Assembly: GCF_964204645.1 (NCBI RefSeq) | Contig: NC_134035.1 | Location: forward strand, 9,518,451 to 9,582,450 | Direction of reading: 5' to 3' | DNA length: 64,000 nt | DNA from: Tubulanus polymorphus | Lineage: Eukaryota; Animalia; Nemertea | Notes under the pieces: model-generated | The model's database searches: none | Told to the model about the DNA's origin: nothing | The model's input: the letters and a program-made list of their open reading frames with translations, nothing else | Shown here: piece by piece, positions 54,929 to 64,000 of the stretch | Layout: each line of letters begins with the position of its first letter | Numbering within the stretch: the first letter of the stretch is position 1 | Translations under genes and position numbers: made by a program

Positions 54929-57900
54929 GTAGAGTCAGTAACGATCGATCGTGATAGTGTTGATGAACACAAATACGACGTCGATGTTGCAGGCTCGACG
55001 AGATGCACCGCCAACAACTACAGGAACCTTAAAGTAGTATTATATATATCATCTATTAGATTTATAACAGTATATTTACGCATCTCTCTATTGATACTAG
55101 TACTGGAGAGGTAATTATCAAAGCTACTGACGCGTGTTATTGAAAGAGAAAAAAAAGTACGGTAATCTCCCGTTAAAAAATAAAAGATTTTTATGACTTG
55201 AGAAAATATATCCATTAAAACAACGATTTGTATACAGTGTATTTGCGTATCTCTTTGCGTTTCTTTAGGTGTAATTATCATAGCTACTGGAGCGGATGTT
55301 ATCGAAAGCGAAAGAAAATACTCGATAATCTTCCGGTGAAAAATGAACGAATTTTTGACATTTTATACACGAGAAACTAAATCTACCAAAAAAGGTGACT
55401 GAATAAATGAAGTTGATATACAAATTGAAGTGTTTGAACAAATGAAAGTTTAGCGTTTCTTAAATCGATTTTATCGACACCACAGATATATTAGTAGGCC
55501 CCTTTAGTGGGTTTCAATAAAACCCTTAACACAAATTAACCATGAATTCTACTAAATGGAAATGAACAGAAAACATAAAATACTAAAGCAAGTCCTTCCC
55601 ACAAACTGTGGAAAAATTTATCGAATGATGGATATGTCTGTTGAGATAACTGTTCATCTTGCTATTTTCGTTATCAAGGTTTCCTTCGCCCGTTGTCTCG
55701 GGAGATTCGCCTGTACATAAATGCGAGATATGAAACTCGCAACACAGAGGTTTCAACGCGTCGATCCAGGCCCTATAGATACTGCTAATTCTGAAAAATC
55801 ACTCGTTTTACTAAAATTAGTGAATTTCTACATAGCATTTTCTATGCGAATACTTACCGCGCCCTCGACATAGTGTAAATGACAAACTGTATAGCTATCC
55901 TAATATTTCTCCTACCCATGGCCCTTCAACCATCGGATCACCCATTTCTTCGAGAACACCGCCGTATGGAACATCGCGCGTAAAACATCGTTTAATTCGC
56001 TCTGCATTCAGAATAGAATAATATGTGTGTATATTCGAAATATTATATCCTTTAAAAAACGAAGATGCGCGTATCAGAAAAAGTGGCGGCACTTCTTATT
56101 TTCTCATCGTCGGAGAAAACGGCAGCCAAGCGAGAATCGTTTGTTTTCTCGAAAGCTTATCTCGAAGTGGTGCATGCAGAACCGTTATGTCGGAGCATCA
56201 TCATCTTCATCATCGTCATCATCATCATCATCATCATTATCATCTTTTGCTGTTCGCGTTTTAGGTATTCACAACAAAGTAACACAGATAATAATGCGAT
56301 ACTCCGAGTACATCCGGTGACCTTTGTTTTTTTACGGCTGCTCCGAATCTCTGCCACGCGCGCGTTTACCCCCGACTAGAATAGGAATAAATCCGCAGCT
56401 ATTGATTTCAACTACATTAAATCTCGTTCGATTGGATGCGCGTTCGCTTGTCACTGAAACACGGCCGAATATCGGCTTGAACGCGACCGATTCTTCCGAG
56501 TGCTAGAATTCTCCAAATTATACCGATTGCATGTACGAGGAAGCAGCGAGTGGGTCGGTTCCACCGTTCGTTAGACGCGAGGGAGACGATCAAATATCTA
56601 TCCGTCGCGATCGCGTTTACGTAAACTGAACATGAAGAATTGATGAATCAATTCGGTCGGCGCCGGGACAAACCTCCCCCGTTCCGATGTGCGGAAGCAA
56701 TATGAAATCAATTTTTCGTATATTTACTTGATGCACATGTCCGTACACTCCTTTCGCAGTTTTCGCGATCGACGATAACCTAACTACCTTTTTAACGATA
56801 TTCAATTATGTCTAGATCGCACTTCCCGCGTGTTAACAGCGATAATCTTTATGAGGACAGAGCGAACATAAACTCTACGGATGATACGGCGCTTCTGTTC
56901 GCTCGCTCCGAACACTCGCTCGGCGCTTCTCTCTCTCCCCGTCTCGCCGCTCCGTCGAAATCGAACTACGCGCCGTCTCGGTTTTTAACAAATCGTACAT
57001 ACACGGTCAGAAGGGAAAGTTACGTGTACGGCGGTGCTGTCACGAACGAGCGCACGAACACGATTAAACCATCATTCGAGAACACGTCTATACGACGCCG
57101 GTAGATGATCGATCGGTGGCCGATATACATCGACTCTAACTAACCACTTTTACTTTATATTTCAACCCTCTCCTTCGTTCCCTAAACCAACCGACCGAGA
57201 ACACTTAATTCGCTGTCGTAATTTCGCAGACTCTTGTATTCATCAGGGCGATCACACTTGAGTGTCCGTCTACCAAGTGGTAGTCGACACATAAGTGAGG
57301 TTTAACTGATGATAGGACATTCACAGACAAGCGCGCGCGGTCTCTCCAGGGTATTAAATGTGTGCCATTTGGATACAGTTGACGTGAGCGGTTTGTTCTG
57401 CATATTACCGCGAATCGAGCGGTTACTGGCCACGCTAACGGCGTTCAGAAAAGATCTTGACGGTTATTTATTCATTTTTGTAGACTTTGAGCCGATGGTT
57501 TTGTCCATTACACTTCTTTAGATGAATAATTCAAAGATCTCTTCAAAGGACTGCCTCTCAATCATCAGTCCGCAAATCAGTTCGATTCGAGCCTGAGATA
57601 ATTTCCTGCATTGAGACTCGGTCTTTCCGTGTTAAGGAACACTGTGCAAATTTTCTTTTTCTAAGAAACCCTTCTCGTTATTACTTTGAAGAGGTTTATA
57701 GGGTTATACAATACGAACCGCTTTCGGTCTATTTTACGATGGTTTTAATTGGCAATTTGGGCAATTTATGATTCGCGTCATCGCCATTTTATGCGTTGAT
57801 TTGAAAGATAAATGCCGCCAAATTGAGGACACGTGATAAGCGTTTGGAGAATTATCTGTTTCTAAAATGGTGCGCGCGCGTATCTCTTCTTCAGAAGTGG

Positions 57901-58002
57901 CCTCTAATTCACCTTCAGTTATTTCAGGGAGACGTAATTTTACACGTCCATCGTTATATCATCGACTCTAAAACGAAGTCATGGTTATATCATGGACTCT
58001 TA

Positions 58003-58189
58003 AGCCCAACGCACACGGCAAAACATTTGTTTCGCCGAAACGGGAACCACGTTTTTCAGAAAACGCTTTTTTGCTCGTGAAAAACGTTTTTCAGTTCGGC
58101 ATTTTGTGTTTTGCCTCCCCGCACACGGCATAACAAAAAACATCGAAAACGAGGAAAAAACGTTTTTTCGGTGCCGTGTGCGTTGGGCT
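58003..58189. mobile_element. PIF/Harbinger-like MITE
   Basis: TTA|agcccaacgcacacggca ... tgccgtgtgcgttgggct|TTA. Confidence 0.85.
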
Positions 58190-60674
58190 TTAAAGCCTAA
58201 CTTACACGATGCAGGGAAACACGGAAACACGAAACAGAAACACGTTTCCGTGCGTTTACCCGTGTCGTCTGCGAGAAACACGAGAAACACGGTTTCGGGA
58301 GATACGTTTCCGAGATAAAACGACTTCACGCTGGTTTCGTGTTTCCTCGTGTTGTTTGCGTTTGGCTCAACACATGGAGTCGTCTTGTTTGTTGAACATA
58401 AGCATGGACTCTAAAAACGAAGAGCCCATCGGATTTCGATACTGCAATCCCGCTTTACCTTCATCTTCATTTGCATTATAATTATCATTATTGTTATTAT
58501 TATTATCACAATTGTTATCATTATTTTTTTATTATTATCATTATTGTTATTATTATTGTGTTATTATTATCAAAATAATCATTATTAATACTATCATTAT
58601 ATTTTTGTAATGTGCTGTCATTTCTGCATTATTTTTTTGCTCTGTGCAATGTTATCATAACATGTAGAGTAAAAAAACTAAACTAGATCTGAAAATGATT
58701 GAATTCAGTATACAACCAAAGAATAATGGACACTATAAAGTTATAGATCTTGGGTAGAGAGTCTAGATAATTAATATGTCTGAATTTACATATCATACAT
58801 GATATGTAAATTCAATCACTTGCGCTATGCCTGAAGAGGGGATAATGTAACTCCCGAAAACGTTCGCTATAATAAATATATGTTACTCATTAGAAATGAG
58901 ATTTTTACTGTTTTTGCTGCTATGGATTTTTAACTATAAAGTTATACTGTGAAATACATGGATCCCAGAGTTGGTCAAAGCTAAGACCAGTGTAAACTAA
59001 GTAACACTGGTTTGCAAGTCAAAGAATTAACTTGAGCCTGATTCCCTCAGTTATGATCTTATATGATGGTTCAAGGTTGTACTACCGAGTGTATCTCCCA
59101 TTTGCATAACACTGCTTCAGATATATTCAATAAAATGACGTCATATTTTCTGATAAAAAATCTATTTTCATTCGGTTATATAAACCTCTGCATGATATAA
59201 ATTCGTCTTGATTTTTCATCAATTCATCACTTTTCATTTGTTTTTTCTATAATTTGTTCAATGTTTATGTCAAGGTGTCTGAACAATTTTCGATGCACAG
59301 CCTTTATGGCTTTACTCAGGGTCCTATCACCTCATTGCCTGTAATCTATTTTGTTATTATCAATTATTTTCAAATTGATGGTGACAAATAAACTACTATA
59401 CTTTATATACTCTACTATGGACGTGTGAACACATCGCTTACACAAACTTTATCGACGAAATACTCGATTTTAGTGAAATTTTGCACACGCGAAAATTAAA
59501 GGTTTTCACCGCAGAACTTAAAACGAAATTCGTCATTTCGTCGTATCTTACTCGCTTAGGGATTACGATATCGACAGCTCTACGTTGATAGAGACGCTTT
59601 AGATAAAATGAAATACGTGTGGATGATAATATAAAATCTATAGACTGCGACGAAAAAAGGTCGAAATTAATTTAGCGACCTTGCGAATGACATCGAAATT
59701 CACGGAAACGCTTCGGTCGCTTTAGCGAAAATATAACAATAATCGCATCCGATGCCGAACAAACAACCCACTTGAAATTAGAGTTAAAGTCACACGTATA
59801 GAGTCACGCTAGTTAGGATTCATTAAGAAAGTATTTAATCTGTAATTGTATGTCTGGTCACCTTGTGAAATTCCAACTGATAAGAGTGGAATTGTCGTGC
59901 GATGTTTTTCGAGAACGGTCTTTACATACTTTTATCTGCCTGAATGGTTTGTAGATGAGTTATACGCGGACATTGGAATTCCGAGAATTTCAGATCGCGT
60001 GAAAACCCAGACGTTATCGAAACCTTGACAAATCATATATTCGTGTTCTGCGATTTTGCCTCAATTTATCAAATTGATAAAAACCCAACTCACGCAAATT
60101 GCCGATCAATATAAAGAAAAACAACCAATTCTTTCGTGAACATTTTCACCAGTGAGCACGAGAGAAGAGCGTATCCAAAAAAAGAAGAAATGAATCTTGC
60201 GGGTTTCGAGTACGCAGCGAACTGTTTACGCTGAGTATTCGTCGCTATATTTTCAGCTAGCAATTTTTTTGCCGGAGATGCTGGAAAATCTTTGTACCTG
60301 TGTGACTGAAAACTGGTTGCTAGGTGATCAGCGCGGCCGTGTGCCGTCTGAAGCAGCAGAGACGAATATTTTTGTGTATTTCCTCGACGTCGTTTGATGA
60401 TTGGGGATCGCTTTGATATATTATCGATTTTGATTCGATAGAACTGATAGCGATCTACATGGCGCGCGCGCGGGCGCACGACCATCGCGATAAGGTTTAG
60501 AGGTCGACTTTTAAACAATTCAATCGCTTATGGTAACAGGCCCCGATAGGATGTATAGGCCTACAACTCGTAGGAAACCTACGCGGAGGTCAGTTGCACA
60601 GTCATGGCCGAGATTTAAGACCAGTCAAAGACTAATTCAGTTATAAAGCCAATCTAACAACTATCACTATCAAT

Positions 60675-60830
60675 GCTGAGTGACAAGCGGGTTCGAGTCC
60701 TGCTGGCTGCTTACAGTGTGCGGGCAACTCTTCAAAGGCCGTTCCGGCGTGTGGTTAAATGAACAGTCTAATAGGGGTTAGTCTTGGCAAACCAAGATGC
60801 AAAGGCCGAAATCCAAACAAACAAACAAAG
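60675..60830 (+). mobile_element. SINE with (CAAA)n tail nested inside a Harbinger-like MITE
   Basis: B-box gggttcgagtcc at ~60688, tail ccaaacaaacaaacaaa; host MITE termini at ~60588 and ~60982. Confidence 0.6.
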
Positions 60831-61234
60831 ACTTCTCCCAGTCCTACTAGAAGTGCTTGTATCCACAGTGATCTACGTCGCTACGGTCCTAGTGTACCCA
60901 ACGCCAAACACTAAGGTTCTCGGTGAACTTAAGGCCAGTTTTAAAGACCACTTTTGGACATACGTCACGACTGTGCGACGGTATTGTATATAGTTGGAGT
61001 GACCTGCTTAATTCAGGTTAATTGCCTTTTGTTAACTCGTAGATTTGCTTATCAAAAACAGTCATTAAAACACTACAAAAATCTAATATTCATAAAACCA
61101 TAAAATCAGCATGATAAGAATATACACATGGCTATAGACGAATCAGGATTATCAACAAGTCTCGGGCAGTTTTGTAAAGGGACAATGGTTTTTTAGAATT
61201 GGTGGATACGTTTTTAATCGTAAAGTGCACTTAC

Positions 61235-61626
61235 GGTGATAGCATTCCCAGGCAGGAGCTCCGAACACCAACTTGGTTCGTCGCCGATTCGGCATCCCAC
61301 GAATCGCAATCTTCGGACGGTAGAAGCTCTTGCTGACTGATCGATTTGCGGTGTAGATGTACCACCACATCGTCCACGTCGTCGTTAACCGTGACGCTTA
61401 TTTCGCCCAAACTGCGTCGATATTCCAGCGCGGAGTGTGCCGAATCTTTCCTCCGCTCCTGTATCGAATCGTCCGAACTGCGTCGCTTGTTCAACACTTC
61501 CTTCCGTGCTTCCAGGCTGTATCTCACATTACCCGGACTGGCGCGTCCTTGTTTTTGCCGTTTCGGTCGAATATCCCCTGTACTCCAACGGGGACCGATA
61601 GCGCTAGAATTAAACTTGCTCGTCAT
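61235..61626 (-). CDS. Probable alternative first coding exon of the Hv gene (131-aa basic/acidic N-terminus)
   Basis: ATG-initiated open frame ending at a strong donor CC|gtaagt (61235/61234); 392 nt = phase 2, which matches the phase-2 acceptor of Hv exon 40639-40511. No other compatible downstream gene found between them. Confidence 0.55.
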
Positions 61627-62574
61627 AATTCATACGTCTTTGAAGAACTTCAGAGATTTACTACGATAAAATCCAGAATATTATCCGGTTTATAGCTTAA
61701 ATCACTGCCTTGAGTGGAATCCCTCTAAGCCTTCATTCTATTGATCAATACGCCAAATGCTATCAATAATTAACAGGGATATAATGACCTAATGACGTCA
61801 TGACGACAAGTCAGATAAGCGATTCATATATCAACGCACCTTATTGGTCAAGGTAGCGTCACTTATCACCTCTTTTTAACAACTACGGCACGTTCATTTG
61901 GCCGTGCCATCGAATTTTCGCAAAAAAAGATACGTGTCTTGCAGTAAAACAATGAAAATGACGAATTTCCGCACGTATTGACATCGAATTTCTATTGATT
62001 ATCAATCAAATAATATCTGTATTTATTGCTTCGTTTATGTTCTGGATATCTTCTCAACTGGGCGATAATATTTATCAAAACTGGAACAATGTCATTATGT
62101 CTAAGGAATTGCGTTGTCGTTGAAAAGCTCCGTCAACACTGTGCCATCTGCCGGATTTTGTAAAGGTTAGGTTAGGTTAGGTAAGGGTAAGGTATTTCAA
62201 CGGCAATTTTGCCACCATACCTTCCACCCTCGACCATGGACGTATTTGTGGTCAGCCCTCTTAATGATTGTATGGATTTGAGTTGAAAGATTGTTTAAGA
62301 GTATAATATGATTCAGTTTGTGAACATGAAACGCTATTTTGTGAAAGTTAATCTGGACAGGATGATATAGCAGTAGGATGTAGAATACGTCAAAGATTAC
62401 AGTAAAACCATATACTAAACTATTTATGATGTTTGATACTCGATGATTGGCAAATATTTATTTGTGTGTGAAAACCTTTGTGTATCAAACATATACAGAT
62501 ATCATCATCGACTGAACTTGATATGCCGATTTTATTGCAAAGAAACGACGGAAAGTTTTTGTTCGAAAAATGTC

Positions 62575-63557
62575 TCAAAATATTTTTCCGAAAAATGCCA
62601 GCGTGATCGCTATTACGAATACCAGCGCCATCTTGTGTAATGCGTGGAAAATAAAGACGGAGAATGATTTCGTGTTGTAGACGTAGTGCGGCGCTTCCAT
62701 CAACGCGTACATCAATCCCATCACAATCCCCAATATAACACAGTTTTCCAAGTTCCCGGCGTGGAAGTATTTCCTGAAAGGTAATTCAGAAAGCGGATTA
62801 AATAGCAAGTATAGGAAAGCTTCCTAGTGTTGAATTGAAAGATTTCGGATTCGAATTGATACGTGTGGTTATCTCTGACTTATTTTCTAGTATAGAATCA
62901 AAAGAAAAACCTTATTTTCAAGACAAATCTTAAGTTCGTGGCGGTGCTGGAGACATATCTGAAATCACCAGTGTGTTTTTGTCTCTCGCAGAGAATTTAT
63001 TTATACAAACACGTATAGTTATAATATCTAACATTTCTTCAGCCTTATATAGATTCTATATTGTATTTCACCAAATTACGTAAAGGCCAAGGGGCCATAT
63101 AAAAGCCCAATCAGTTGTCAGACTACCCATATCAAGTGATACAATCCGTTGCTATAGGGCTCTGCCACTCTGGTACACATTTTTCGCGGTTTCTCTGAAA
63201 CTAGGCCAATTTCATTGGATTTTTTTTTGTGAAGGAGGTGGTATGAACCCATGCCATGTTTTCATGGGTATTTTGAATAGGCGATTGACACATTTTGTGA
63301 CAACAATTTACACTTACACTCGTTGCACCAGTTTTTCACGCAGAAAATATACGATCAAAATCTTACTTGTTAATCTGCTGTACAAGGAGGGCTAACGCTA
63401 CGTCACAGATGATCGAGGTTACGAAATATCTCTTGCCCCATCTGGCCCAGACGTCTCGACCCCACGGAGTTTTATCGCTGTACCAGAACACTGTCAACAA
63501 TTCGCCAAATACGACGGCTGCAATCAGTGGAATACTGATACTTATTGATATGTCCAT
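62575..63557 (-). CDS. DUF1761-like small multi-pass membrane protein, 129 aa, 2 coding exons (63557-63367, 62773-62575)
   Basis: AA|gtaaga donor and tttcag|G acceptor give a phase-2 in-frame join. About four hydrophobic segments; IAAVVFGELLTVFWYSDKTPWGRDVW resembles the DUF1761 'WYS..FG..W' motif (recognised by eye). Confidence 0.7.
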
Positions 63558-64000
63558 TCTGTGTCTGTTGAATGAGATATAACAAGAATCTAGGGGACAG
63601 TCTATTCGGTCGGTCTATTTTACTCAAGTTCGTCATTAGTCCATAGATTAATTCCTGCGGCCGCAGAGTTTCCTCGGTCGATTAAGGTTTTCTTATACAC
63701 ATCCGTATTTTAAAAAGGATATTTGCAAACTGCAGAATATTGTACGGGTATTTAGGGGGTCGTGACCCCTGCCTTCCCATAGAGGTTGCCCTTTTCATCA
63801 AGACATGGCTCATTAAAGCCTATAAATTTGAAACCCGTCCTGAGCTCTCGGACGTTGCATCTTCTAGGATAGATTTCTTCAAAGATATCTAATGGAGGAC
63901 CCCACCGTTGGGCTTCGACATTGTTGCTTCGTCTGAGAATTGCTTTTCATTTTCTTTTGGACCCCAACCTTCCATGATTTTTCCTGGATCTGCCTCTGTA

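Overview
Eukaryotic, intron-rich invertebrate DNA (gene set suggests a lophotrochozoan; inference). All intact genes are on the minus strand: (1) the 5' part of a gene with an N-terminal canonical Zalpha (Z-DNA/Z-RNA-binding) domain followed by a second Zbeta-like winged-helix domain, running off the left edge; (2-3) two tandem 13-exon, three-domain gelsolin/severin-like genes; (4) an atypical ~846-aa voltage-gated proton channel (Hv/HVCN1 family) that lacks the first S4 arginine and the F150-equivalent phenylalanine, has a ~90-aa S1-S2 loop, a ~480-aa disordered tail and in-frame candidate alternative first exons up to ~20 kb upstream; (5) a two-exon DUF1761-like small membrane protein. About 3.9-12.5 kb looks like a CpG-poor decayed multi-exon locus containing a large inverted duplication bordered by G-rich tracts. 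The rest is dense with non-autonomous DNA transposons (9-bp-TSD CATCCTC family, piggyBac-, Tc1/mariner-, Harbinger-like MITEs, 18-32 bp palindromic insertions with 7-bp TSDs), tRNA-derived SINEs and microsatellites. Exon models were assembled by hand from GT-AG sites and frame continuity; no database searches were run.
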